This document shows positions 23,404 through 35,571 of a stretch of DNA of 64,000 nt, piece after piece. Source of the stretch: Dipteris shenzhenensis (Eukaryota); assembly GCA_047967505.1 (NCBI GenBank), contig CM106538.1; one strand, 5' to 3'. The notes under the pieces are model-generated. The model ran no database searches, was not told the origin of the DNA, and worked only from the letters and a program-made list of their open reading frames with translations. How positions within the stretch are numbered: position 1 is the stretch's first letter; every line of letters starts with the position of its first letter. The position numbers and the translations under genes were made by a program.

Positions 23404-26149
23404 TGCAAGGCCTCATAACAATAAAGGGGAGAGATCCCATATGGATGGATGAAGTGAAAGAGGACAGCGAAGAAAGAAGGGGTTGGAAAAGGACATCAAA
23501 GGATGCAGGGGAAATCACACATATGGAAAGGCAAGTCTTGATATTGTGTGGATGTTTTGGGCTGTAAATATGCAATGGGACACTGAATTTTCAAAACGCA
23601 GGAGGATACACACGCAAGACAGCTCAAGGGTCAAGTGTGGTTGATTATGTGATCACAAATTCCAATGCAAAACACATGATTGACTATATCAATGTCGAGG
23701 ACTCTTGAATCTGGTCATAGGGCAATATCTATTCGCATAAAGGGGACAAGTAATGCTGTGAAAAAACAGAAAGTAACTGCAAACCCCAGGTTAATAATGG
23801 ACTTCAAAAAAGCTTACATCTATGAAAGGGAAATAGAGGAGGCAATGGCAAAAGGAACATGCCTTCTACATGTCATGAAAGGAGCACTTACATAACAAAT
23901 ATGCTGCTGTCAACAGCCCAAAAATGCTTCACCAAAAGCAAGGGAAGAAACAAATGAATGCCATGTAATCATTGGCTGCCACATGCACCCCTGCACTTGG
24001 GTACAAAGTGACACACTACTAGCTACTTCAACAAGTGTGTAATAGTTCCCTAATATGCTGTGACCCCTTTGTGAGCCCTTGTCCAGGGACAGCTAGGCAC
24101 AAGCTACGTATGTCAGTGTCTCAGCCTTAGGCCAAGTCGGAAGATCAGTCCTTGTTCACTAGTATCCACTAGAGAACCGTAGGGTAGTGTTTCCGTCTTT
24201 GGTTTAGGGAGTGGTTTAGGTTCAGCCTAGGATAGGAGCCCTTATGGGCCCCCTCAGGGCTGGAACAAGTGAAGAGAATGGCAGGGGAAGGGCTGCCTTT
24301 ATAGGCTACCACCCTGCACACCTCCCTAGACTGCCATTTATGGGGCCTAGGGGTGCCTTTATGGGGACAAGGGACCAGCAAACCAGCCCCGAAAGCCCTA
24401 TAAATAGGGGCCTCCAGGCCCTCTTTCCTCATTCAGTTCTCCCAGCACTTCAGCCTCCTACAGCTCCTCCTCAGCCCCCTCTGAACAGCCTGACACTCAC
24501 CCCCAATGGCCCTCTGACCAGCCTCAGCCTTTGGCATTAGTTCAGCCCTCTGGGAAGGTGTTCCCGCAGCGCATCAGACGGGGAGTCAGGACAGTGAACG
24601 GAGTAAGGTTTGGGGTCTGTTTCAGCAGCCTTTTTCAGTTCTCTCTTACAGTTTTACACAGATCATTCTCATCTCTTTATTTCAGTCATCTCTCAGGTCT
24701 CTTATAGGATCTATCACTCCTAGCTTTCACTCTCTCTCATGCAGTAACCCTGCATTCTGGTGGATAGCACAAGCCTCTCCCGTGCCTTGCAGAAGCATCC
24801 TACATCGTCAGTGTGGACAGCATCAAGGTCTCAGTATTGGTCGGCGTTGCCTCTCAGATGTTTGGGTCTGCTATACGTGTGCACAGTGAGCTCTTTAGAA
24901 GTGCGTTTCCGTGCTCTTTCGAAGAGTGTTCTTTGTATTTCTCAGTTCTCCAAGTATAAAGAAAATTCTCCCTGATTAAGGGAGGGGGCCCTCAGTTGGT
25001 ACAGGGACCCAATCGACAGCAGTCATAACTGAAAACGGGGACAAAGATCGAATATAAACAAGTGATAAGGGTAAAAAATGATTATTTCTCAAGAGTCAGC
25101 AGCTTGAAAGATTTGAAGAGCTGAAACAGAATCCCAAAAAGGTTTTCCAAAATTTGCATGGTAGCAAACCCCAAGAAAGGAAGGCAAAATGGGAAAAAAA
25201 GCCTATACGAAAGGCAAGGTGAAGAAAGATAAATCAACATATGAATCATAACAAAGGAAGACATATTACATAAGAAAAGGCCTGAACAAGTTTGCTAATG
25301 GAAAGGGCTATGAATTTGGTTGATTATTCTTATGGAGGAGGCGAAGGATTCACAAAAGGAGGTAGACCTTCGGTGTCACCTTGCCCCAGATACACAAGGG
25401 CTAGTAGCAGAAATGTTGACATGGGGAGCAAAAAAAACAAAGAAAATGCTTCCAAGTTTATGAAGATGGCACTAGAAGAAGGTTTCCCATCAGATTGGTA
25501 GCTTAGTAGGATTGTATTGATCCATAAGGGGGGAGATAGAAAGATGGCAAAGAATTATCAAACAATCATGGTGAGCAACCTAATGGCAAAGATAAATGGC
25601 ACGACTCTTGAGCAAAAATTCAGAAAGTGGGCGGAGGAGCAAGGAGTCTGGGCACCATCTCAAGCAGGGTTCCGTCCCAAGTACTCAATAGTTGATCATT
25701 TGGTTGCCATAAATGCTGCAACTAAAGGATTCAAGCATAAGAAAGAGTCTATCTACGATTGCTTTGTAGACTTCCTCTGAGCAACACTATTTGGTCTCTT
25801 TATTGATGATTTGGAGGTATGGATGAGAATACACAGCAAGGACATTTGGATGCGCTGAGAGAATTCTACAAACACTCAGGAATGCAGGTGAACATAAATA
25901 AGACAAAGGTAATGGTGATCTGAACATGCAATGAACAAGTGGATGTCACCTTTGAAGGGAAGCCCCTAGAAATAGTCAACACATATAAATACCCAAGGTT
26001 GAATTTCACAGAAATGTTTCCTGATATGAGAGTTACGGGCAAAGGCACAGGCACCCTACCCCATCCTACTGGCCGAAACAAGTATGAAAGCATTATGTCA
26101 ATTCATGGCTTATTTCAACAAACTTGAGAAGATGGACGTCAATAGAAAT

Positions 26150-26194
<45 letters not shown>

Positions 26195-26345
26195 ACAGAA
26201 ACTATGGCAAAACCTGGGGACAAAAATGCACTTCTACAAACAAGCAATCAACTCGATGGACAGCTATGGAATGCAGAAATACCTTGGGGAAGACATCAAT
26301 ATTCAAAAGACTGGTAATCTGCCAAAACAGAACTACTCCACATGA
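23404..26345 (+). mobile_element. Old RTE/RTEX-like LINE continued (EN C-part, degenerate RT), interrupted at 23964-25018
   Basis: SSVVDYV, IHKGGD..NYQTIMV, QAGFRPKYSIVDHL, CFVDF and VNINKTKVM motifs. Confidence 0.78.
23964..25018 (+). mobile_element. Probable solo LTR
   Basis: TGT...ACA ends, cctataaatagg at ~24397, and it interrupts the LINE frame; no TSD found. Confidence 0.45.
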
Positions 26346-26929
26346 TCTTTGTTAGCATTAGTTAGCATTTGTGACAAGCATTAAGGTTAATGGAGGGGTA
26401 GAAAGGCAAGTGCCATGTGGCACCCTCACACACAAACTTCTATGTAGCACCATTAGAGAGTCAGAATCTCTAACACTTGTGGGCACGCAGATACAACCAA
26501 CCATGAATGCTATTGGTACATGGCTGTTGGCGGATCCATTGGAGGTGCAGTTCATTCTTTCGTGATCTCAAGCGACTCTTCACGACCTCGGGTACCTCTA
26601 CACCGACGTCTATATATTCAAATCTCTTCTGCATAGTTTGCAGTGTGTGAGCAATGTTTGGCTCATTCTTGTAGCTTTGAGTGTTTGGAGCAAAGCGGTG
26701 TTGTCAGCCTTTGTGGCTTGGGTGCTAGGTTCTCTTGTAAGCAGATGCAACAAGCCCCGTAGGGATGAACATCTGCTAGAGTGAGGTTTGAGACTTTGAT
26801 GTTTGTCAACTTTTCATTTGAATGCATACTGACTTTGTGGTCTAAGATTTGGAATTCTCTTTCTTTGTCTCGGGCAGAGTTCGGGCAGGATCTGAGTGGA
26901 CTGCAGAGACTTTGAGTACGATTGGTGTC

Positions 26930-29171
26930 AAAGACCCTCATGAGCACGAGGGTGACCTTGAAAGGAACCCGGATCTACCTAGACAATGACCTCACCTTCC
27001 TACAGCAGGAACATCGGAGGGAAGGTATGGTACACGTCAAGGCAGCGAGAGAAGCAGGGAAATGGGCAGCATACAAAGATGGAAGGGTGCTCATCCGAGA
27101 GAGAGGAGATCAGGACCGGGGGGAGAAGGAAGAAAAGGAAGAAAGAAAGAAAGAAAGAAAGTTTATTAAAGTCTTTAGAAGACCGATGGGTCTATGAGAC
27201 TGTGAAAAACCTGGTACAAAAGAGCTGTGGTGGTGGTAAACGAGCATCCACACCAATGCAAATGCAAAATATGCAGAATGTCAGTACTAAATCCTAAGAA
27301 GAGGGTGAATTATGACGGTGTCTGGCCAAGGGGACACAAAGTGGACTGAGAATTGCAGTGTGGAATTGCAACGGCACACTCTGGTCTGATCCAGGTGGTT
27401 TCTCGGAGACATACACTAACAGAGACATGGTCTTCTACACTGAGACACATGAGAGCCCCGAGAGAGGACTGCCCACTGTGACAGGATATACATGGGAGTC
27501 ATTTCATAGGAAGGAGACGAGGAGAGACACTGGTGTGCGGGGTTCGGGGGGAGTGGGTATCCTCTTTAGATCACACATGAGACCTCTCATATCAGTGGCA
27601 CAGAGAGAGAAGCATGTGCGACACATGTGGATACGAGTCCAGCTACCAGACGCACGGCCGATTCTCATAGCAGTGTGTTATTTCCCTCTAGATACTTCAT
27701 CCTATGCACGTGAGGTCACCACAGAAGGGCACAGCCCGTATGAGTCGATTCAGGATGATATCACTAAATTCTCTAGTCAAGGGGACATCCTCCTTCTTGG
27801 TGACTTCAATGCACGCACAGGGAATAGGCACGTGGGCCTTTCCCCACGACTCAATCTACACGTGCATCACTAGGGAAGATGCCATAGTGATTCACCGACA
27901 TAGCTTTACATACTAGAGTTAGCTAGTGGAGATTGTGCAATCCTACACATACTTGGGTAGGTACAGCATGGTTTGCACGGATCACCACATGGTTTGCCAG
28001 TCACGGCATTCAGATGGATCGGCTTCCCCCATTTCAGTATAGCGTGGATGCACCGCCCAAGTTGATCCCACGGGATGAGATTAACCGCATCATACGATTA
28101 GATCTCCTCCAGCTCCACACATCTCGCACTTGGGGGGGGGACCACGAGTTCCCCACCAAGACCCAGCTCTACTATGACCACTTTCTCAGAGTATCGGAGG
28201 ATGGGCTCATCATCAGACCTCAGTATCTCGAGGACAGAGGAGTCTCACACGCATTGAGGATTGCCATCGGATAGATGCATGTCTCATCCCATCAGCTGAG
28301 GCTCGAGACAAGGAGAGCTGCACGCATACTCAGAGAGCAGCGGACTTGCAGGTTGTGCATGATGGGGGCGGTCGAGACAGAGGAGCACTTTCTATGTGTC
28401 TGCCCAGTCTACTTTGAGATCCGAGGAGGCTACCATTGGCTTTTTCAGGAGGCTGATCCACTTCCAGGTACAGGTCTGTATTGGGCTCTACCTGATGGAG
28501 ATGCAACGACACAGGGAGACACTACTACGACATATCAGAGAGCAGCAAGATGGGACCACCACACCACAAAGTACAGAGGTAGACCAAGCGCAGAGACAGG
28601 TCATGGATTTCTATGCATTTGACTCAGCCCTAGGGCAGTTTGGGATAAAGGAGGAGGAGCTAGCCAACATGAGAGATGTATGGATCGGTGGAGAGAGCCG
28701 ACAAAGCACTACTAGGCGAGGGACACAGAGACCGTACATGGCGCAACAAGCAACCAAAGCACACACGATCGAGGTTCGACCTATTTCAGCTCTCCTTAGG
28801 GGAGATCGACCGAGGCGAGGCGTCACCCTTGACATTGCCCATCGAATCCAGAGATCAAGGAGACCATGCCCTCCACCACCACGGGAGACATCCCGACAAA
28901 TGTAGATACGTGAGCTCTTTGCATCTCATCAGAGAGCCACCATGGAGCCTAGATACGTGGAGCCGGTTCATGCACTTGGGACTCTAGTTTTGAGCACTTG
29001 ATATTTTCATGCCACCCTCATGCTATTTTGCTACTTTTTTGCTATTTTGTACTAGTATAGCATTTTAGTACTCAGCAAGGGCCTTAGTGAGCCCTTTGCT
29101 CCAGCCCACAGTGGTATGTATGAGTTACTTGATACTTTGTCCCATAGGCCTGCGAGGCCTCCTGCAAACGT

Positions 29172-29205
<34 letters not shown>
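26930..29205 (+). mobile_element. RTEX-like LINE: ORF1 end, EN N-half, internal deletion of RT, C-terminal Cys/His region, (CT)n tail
   Basis: IYLDNDLT..GKWA; WNCNG, YTETH, CYFP, GDFNART; jump near 27890 to HALRIAIG..SSHQL..CRLC..ETEEHFLCVCP. Confidence 0.82.
27135..27295 (-). mobile_element. Short inverted 3'-end fragment of an RTEX-like element with a (CTTT)n tail
   Basis: The minus strand reads catagacc-catc-ggtctt...aataaa(cttt)n, like the 3' end at 30105-30160. Confidence 0.55.
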
Positions 29206-29237
<32 letters not shown>

Positions 29238-30168
29238 CACTCCGGATTGCCATTGGCCAGATGCGAGTTTCCTCCCATTAGCTTAGGATTGAGGCGGGCC
29301 AAGCTGCAGGTCTACCCAGAGAACACAGGATCTGCACACTATGTGACATGGATACCGTTGAGACTGAGGAGCACTTCCTATGTAGCTGCCCGGTTTACTA
29401 TGAGATACGAGGGCGATATCACTCCCTTTATTAGGAGGGGACCAGCTTCGGCCCGCTCTCTCGGTTGATACACTTCCAAGACCAAGTCTATGTAGGGTTG
29501 TACTTGATGGAGATGCACCGACACCGAGAGGCACTACTAAGACAGGCCAAAGCACTATCAGCACCAGACAGACTACAGGATACAGAGCCGGACCCAGCTC
29601 AGAGACAGGTTACAGACTTCTATGCCTTTGAGACAGCTCCTGGACACAGTGAAGTTGAGGATGAGGAGATTGTCGACATGAGAGCAGCTTGGATCAGCAG
29701 TCAGTCACACCAAACTCTTCGGACTACTAGAGGGCACACCATCAGCGCGCACACCATTGAGGTTCGTCCCATCACAGCACTACTTGTAGGGGACTGCCAG
29801 AGCCAGAGACGAGGAATCACGATCGACGTAGCCCGACGGGTACTGAGATCGAGGCGACCGTGGCCACCACCTAGACGCGAGACAGCCCGACAGTTACAGA
29901 TTTGCGACATCTTCATGGCCCAGCGGAGAGACTTGACCTGACTTGATCTGGACACTCCTGACTCTTGATTCAGATTCTGATTTTGTCTCTATTCTATTCT
30001 ATTTAGACACTAGATTAGTACTTGGCAGGGGCTTTAGCTCACCCCTTGCCCCAGCCCACAAAGGCTTGTATGAGATCTTTTTTTGATGTTGTATCACTCT
30101 ATCCCATAGACCTACGAGGTCTTCCAAGGACGTTACTATGTCTTTCTTTCTTTCTTTCTCTCTCTCTC
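29206..30168 (+). mobile_element. 5'-truncated RTEX-like LINE, head-to-tail behind the previous copy
   Basis: HALRIAIGQMRVSSH begins right after (CT)n(CA)n; same C-terminal extension; (CTTT)n(CT)n tail. Confidence 0.85.
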
Positions 30169-31595
30169 CATTTCTGCCCAGATCCGTTGCACTTAGCACA
30201 TGGTATGAGAGCCACAGTTGGCTAGTGACCTGAGGCGTGGAGGGAGTGTTGAGTGTTGGAATGGTCACCTCCCATCTATAAGCCCCCATATGAGGAGAGC
30301 ATGGGGGAGGTAGACCAAGGGATATTGGGGCTGCCACATGGGCAGCACATCAGCTGCCATGTGGGCAACACACACCAAAAGGTAGAGGCTGCCACATGGG
30401 CAGCACACAGGCTGCCGTGTGGGCAGCTATCCAGACAGGGCCAATGGGCTAACAAGAAGGGTACCTGGCAAGTCGTGGAGCTCCTGATGTACGGAGCAGA
30501 CACGTGGACATCAGGGACCTGCAGCAGCCTGATTGCACAGGGTTTTCCAGCAAGAACAGATGGTGCAGCAGTACAGGAGGGTACGGTAAGCATACGTGGC
30601 TGTACAGCGCTGGTGAAGGCCTGGCAGGAGGCAAGGATGCTGCAGCAGGAAGTCACCTGCATGAAGAAAGATGCGGGGCAGATGGCAGAGGCTATGGGCA
30701 GGTGTGAGGCCTGCAAAAGGCCCTGAATCTAGGGCAGTAGGGCCCTGGCCGGTGGCACAATGCCATGTGGCAGGTCGGCCCTACAAATGCCCTGAAGGGG
30801 CCTAGTGTTGTGAGCCCTTATAGGGCTGGACCAGCCACAGACTGGTCGGCCAGTTTGCTGCAGGCTGGTCGGTTTTTTCAGCAAGGCCTTGGGCCTATAA
30901 AAGGAGAGGCTCTGGGCCTCATTCATCATCCAACTTTCCAGCAAGAGCAGGAGCAGACAGGAGCAGCCAGAAGCCACTCCCTTGACCTCACACTGGGGGT
31001 GAAGCAGGGTGGAAGGTGTGCTGCAGACTGAGTTCCCTAGAGGCTGGACCTTGGCTGTCTTCTAGGGCAGCAAGGTGTTGTGAATATCATACCTTCTGAG
31101 GCAGCCATTCACAAGCAGGTTGGAGCAGTGGAATAGCTATCTTGGGGCCTACATTCAGGAGGACCAAGGGGACCTGTGTGCTGCAGACAAAGCTTGGCAG
31201 GGGCTGCCTACCTAGGCTGATTCACAGGCAGTAAGGTGGAGAAGAACACACTGGACGGAAAGTCTACAGACGCTCGAGGTGGAGCACACGGGCTCGAGTC
31301 TAGAGATATCCAAAAGATAGGAGAAGGACCTTGTGGTTAGATCGGAGGACCACACCATTGGTGGGACTTTGGATCTATCTCTTTTGTATTGTGCCCATAG
31401 TTTTGGACGAAAATATATTATTTTGGTGGTTTCTCTATCTGGCTGGTTCATTGTCTATTGATGAGTCTGCACATCTATTTTATGCACATAAGTTAACAAG
31501 TTTGTGATTCCACACCCCACACCACACTATGTGAGCTCCTGGGCATTACTATAAGTCTTCCGCTGTGCTAACCCTCTGTTGGGTCATTTCTAACA

Positions 31596-31608
31596 TGGTA
31601 TCAGAGCC
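31596..31608 (+). other. Primer-binding site for initiator tRNA-Met
   Basis: TGGTATCAGAGCC immediately after the 5' LTR. Confidence 0.95.
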
Positions 31609-32152
31609 CAAGTAGGAGGCTCACAGGTGTGGGAGCCTGGAGGCAGGGACCTTGCTGAAGGACGACCCTGATTCAGAAGCTCTTGGGAATCGACTTCCAC
31701 GACTGGAGGATTGTGCCCTTGCGAGAAAGAGAGTGACTCAGGTTCAGTCAGGTGCATTTAAAGTTCGTGGTCTAGGTTATCTGGAGATGTACTTTTGTTG
31801 TAGACCTTGCCAAAGGAAGGATGTGTTGAAACAGACCCTCAGAGCATGGTGCCTGGAAGACTCCAGGTTGTTCACTCATTATGAGGGGGACAACTGGAAG
31901 ATCGTGACAGCTAGATTGCTCGAGTTCGAAGGCGGGAACGTGACTGAAGGTGGTGGTGCCAGGAGGTGCTACCAAAGATGGACCTGTGTACCAGGATGGT
32001 GTGCGGAAGCAGAACCAGACCTGGTGGAGCAGGAGCCACTGGGTGAAAAGCCAAGAAAAAATTTCGACATCGAAAAGTTCCAGAGGACTATGACCAGGGA
32101 GTTACTGGAGCATCTTCATCAACGTGTTGGCATTGGGCCTGCATGTGTCGGT

Positions 32153-32161
32153 GAGAGGGGG
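32153..32161 (+). other. Polypurine tract
   Basis: gagaggggg abutting the TG of the 3' LTR. Confidence 0.85.
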
Positions 32162-33503
32162 TGTTGGAATGGTCACCTCCCCATCTGTAAGCCCCCATAT
32201 GAGGAGAGCATGGGGGAGGTAGACCAAGGGATATTGGGGCTGCCACATGGGCAGCACATCAGCTGCCATATGGGCAAGGCAACACACACCAAAAGGTAGA
32301 GGCTGCCACATGGGCAGCACACAGGCTGCCGTGTGGGCAGCTATCTAGACAGGGCCAATGGGCTAACAAGAAGGGTACCTGGCAAGTCGTGGAGCTCCTG
32401 ATGTACGGAGCAGACACGTGGACATCAGGGACCTGCAGCAGCCTGATTGCACAGGGTTTTCCAGCAAGAACAGATGGTGCAGCAGTACAGGAGGGTACGG
32501 TATGCATACATGCCTGTACGGGGCTGGTGAAGGCCTGGCAGGAGGGAAGGATGCTGCAGCAGGAAGGCGCCTGCATGAAGAAAGATGCGGGGCAGATGGC
32601 AGAGGCTATGGGCAGGAGTGAGGCCTGCAAAAGGCCCTGAATCTAGGGCAGTAGGGCCCTGGCCAGTGGCGCAATGCCATGTGGCAGGTCGGCCCTGCAA
32701 ATGGCCCTGAAGGGGCCTAGTGTTGTGGGCCCTTATAGGACTGGACCAGCCACAGACTGGTCGGCCAGTCTGGTCGGCCAGTTTGCTGCAGGCTGGTCGG
32801 TTTTTTCAGCAAGGCCTTGGGCCTATAAAAGGAGAGGCTCTAGGCCTCATTCATCATCCATTTTTCCAGCAAGAGCAGGAGCAGACAGGAGCAGCCAGAA
32901 GCCACCCCCTTGGGCCTCACACTCGGGGTGAAGCAGGGTGGAAGGTGTGCTGTAGACTGAGCTCCCTAGAGGCTGAACCTTGGCTGTCTTCTAGGGCAGC
33001 AAGGTGTTGTGATCATCATACCTTCTGGAGCAGCCATTCACAAGCAGGTTGGAGCAGTGGAACAGCTATCTTGGGGCCTACATTCAGGAGGACCAAGGGG
33101 ACCTGTGTGCTGTAGACAAAGCTTGGCAGGGGCTGCCGACCTAGGCTGATTCACTGGACGGAAAGTCTACAGACGCTCGAGGTGGAGCACACGGGCTCGA
33201 GTCTAGAGATATCCAGCAAATAGGAGCAGGACCTTGTGGTTAGATCAGAGGACCACACCATTGGTGGGACTCTGGATCTATCTCTTTTGTATTGTGTCCA
33301 TAGTTTTGGACGAAAATATATTATTTTGGTGGTTTCTCTATCTAGCTGGTTCATTGTCTATTGATGAGTCTGCACATCTATTTTATGCACATAAGTTAAG
33401 AAGTTTGTGATTCCACACCCCACATCACACTGTGTGAGCTCCTGGGCATTACTATAAGTCTTCCACTATGCGTACCCTCTGTTGGGTCATTTCTAACATT
33501 GAG

Positions 33504-34544
33504 CCAGCAAATTGAGAGGAGATTTAGGGCTGCTGTTCGGAGGTGTTCGTGAGGAGAACTCTGCAGAGGTGTCAACCATACAGGTGCCATCAAAGGCGTG
33601 GATCTTTGAAGCATGTTTTCAAATTCAAAAGGAGTTATCGAGGGTCGTGATAGCAAAGGTGGGAAGGCCTCTCCCATAAAGAGGGTCTCTTTGGAATTCT
33701 AAATGAGATTGTTGGATCCCACAAAGTCTACCTTGATGCGGAAGCAACTTCAAAAAGAGATCCTCTAAGCAGGGAAGCAAATATCTTCCAAGCTTTGACA
33801 GCTAAGCAGAAGGGCTGGAAGAAGTTGACAGCTGAGGAAAGGGAAGCACTAAAGGCCTCACATACATGTAACCGTTGTGGCCAGAAAGGTCATTATTGGC
33901 AGTAGTGTCCTCAAAGGATAAGTGAGGGACGCAATGAGAAAAAGGAAGATTTTACTGCTGTCACGTCGATTGTTCCAGCCATCTAGCAGCACGAGGCAAG
34001 ATGCGCTACCATCAGGATTTTTCTAGTTCCAAATGGAGGATTGCTTGCTTGTATGTGGCAGCTGGACCTGCCGGAAAGGTGCAATGGTGGTGGAAAAGTC
34101 TTTGATCGAGGCAAGCCTTCACACAGGACCTCGAGCAACAAGGAGTCCCGCTGACTCAGGTGGCAGTGTGTTTACCAGTGTATATTTGTTTGGACGTCAT
34201 AACCTGGCAGATCCAGAGGGGATTCCTGTCTACTGCAACTATTGTTTGTTGAGCTGTTGGAGATCGAGAGGGATCAGATGCTTGCAAGTGAGGGAATTCA
34301 GGCACAACAAATTGATCCTTGTGAGCAATTGGATGCCCATGGAGCCTAGATCATAGAGGTTCATCGATCTAGGAGCAGTATACCAGTTTGGACCTGAGAG
34401 GGGGCTGTATAACTCTGAAATACAGGTGCCCATGCAGCGAAGTAGACCTTGCACCGATTGCAGTATCAGTTGGATTATTGTACCAATTGGATCAGTGTAC
34501 CACTACCAGACCAGAGGAGTATGCCTAAGCACCTATGGCCTGGG
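33504..34544 (+). pseudogene. Degraded gag remnant of the host LTR element
   Basis: Zinc knuckle TCNRCGQKGHYWQ*CP at ~33865-33912. Confidence 0.6.
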
Positions 34545-35571
34545 TGTTAGAAATCAACCAACAGAGGGTACGCATAGCGGAAGACTGATTAAATAGCCCA
34601 GGAGCTCACACAGTGTGTGTGTGGGAGTGCGGAATCACAAACTTCTTTAACTTATGTGCATCACATAGATGTGCAGACTAGTAAATAGACAATGATCCAG
34701 CCAGATATAGAAACAACCAAAAGAATATATTCCGTCCAAAGCCATGGACACAATACAAAAGAGAGATTTGTTGCAGCCACCATGGCTCCTCTAGGTTCTT
34801 CTTTCTTTCTCTGATCTCTACCCCCATGGCAGCCATAGTGCTGCCCATGTGGCCTTCTCTCATGGCCCAGGTCCACCTCCCCCATGCTCTCCTCATATGG
34901 GGGCTTATAGATGGGGAGGTGACCTGCATCAAAACCATGTTTTCAGTAATCGTGCTAAGATGGTTCGTGCCAAGAGGGGCCTTCTTCAATAGTACATATG
35001 ACGGTCTTCAGCAACAGAGCATCACACGACCAGCAACACACCCAGCTCCCTGGAGATCATATTCCATCCACGAGCTCAGAGGTGATGTTGGAAGTCAACA
35101 TTGCTCGCTTGCCTGGCCACGTGGCATCCAACTAATAGCCCGCACTGATCCAGCCTTATTCTCTGCCCCCAAACCAGCCCATAAGGCCTTCCATATCCCA
35201 CCTTTTGCTGTGCCTCTGAAACCTGCCTATTCCGCCTGTGCTCAACCCTTGTTTCAACTCCGTACGGCCTGTAGAAGCTCTCCATTCAATCCGTACACAT
35301 GCTGACATCAATGCCTTGTCCACGCAGTCGTATGTTGCTGTAACCCTACCCAACTCTACCCTTTCCATCTGTGGATAGCCTCTGGAAATGCCTCTCCCAA
35401 ATCTGCCCTCCATGGAGGCTTTCCTTTGCCAGAGATCTCCCTTTCTCTGCTGCCCATATGGCAGCCCATGTGGCAGCCCCATGACCCATCCTATTATCCT
35501 ATGGTCCACCCCCCCGATGCACTCCTCATTTGGGGCTCACAGGTAGGGAGGTGACCAACCCTAATCCAACA
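34545..35571 (-). mobile_element. Two stacked minus-strand LTR pieces of the hairpin-LTR family
   Basis: LTR 3' end at 34545 matches 33300-33498 in reverse; hairpins at 34870-34924 and 35503-35556; TGTTGG start at 35571. Confidence 0.8.

Larger units (their letters stand above)
26350..30213 (+). mobile_element. 5' LTR and PBS of an older LTR element, interrupted by RTEX-like LINEs
   Basis: TGTTAG at 26350; ...tagcaCA at 30200 followed by TGGTATGAGAGCC (one mismatch to the Met-i PBS); gag remnant downstream; left end tentative. Confidence 0.5.
30254..33498 (+). mobile_element. Complete non-autonomous Copia-derived LTR retrotransposon (two ~1.34-kb LTRs, ~0.57-kb interior)
   Basis: TG...CA LTRs at 30254-31595 and 32162-33498; TSD TTGAG at 30249-30253 and 33499-33503; PBS and PPT present. 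Confidence 0.96.

Noticed and set aside
31652-32299. 215-codon ORF as a novel gene
   Set aside because: Non-ATG start, runs from the decayed interior into the LTR, and the homologous region at 14250-14576 has stops
30254-33498. Retrozyme (hammerhead-bearing non-autonomous LTR element)
   Set aside because: No CUGAnGA/GAAA core with correct stems was seen in the conserved hairpin on either strand; not exhaustively scanned
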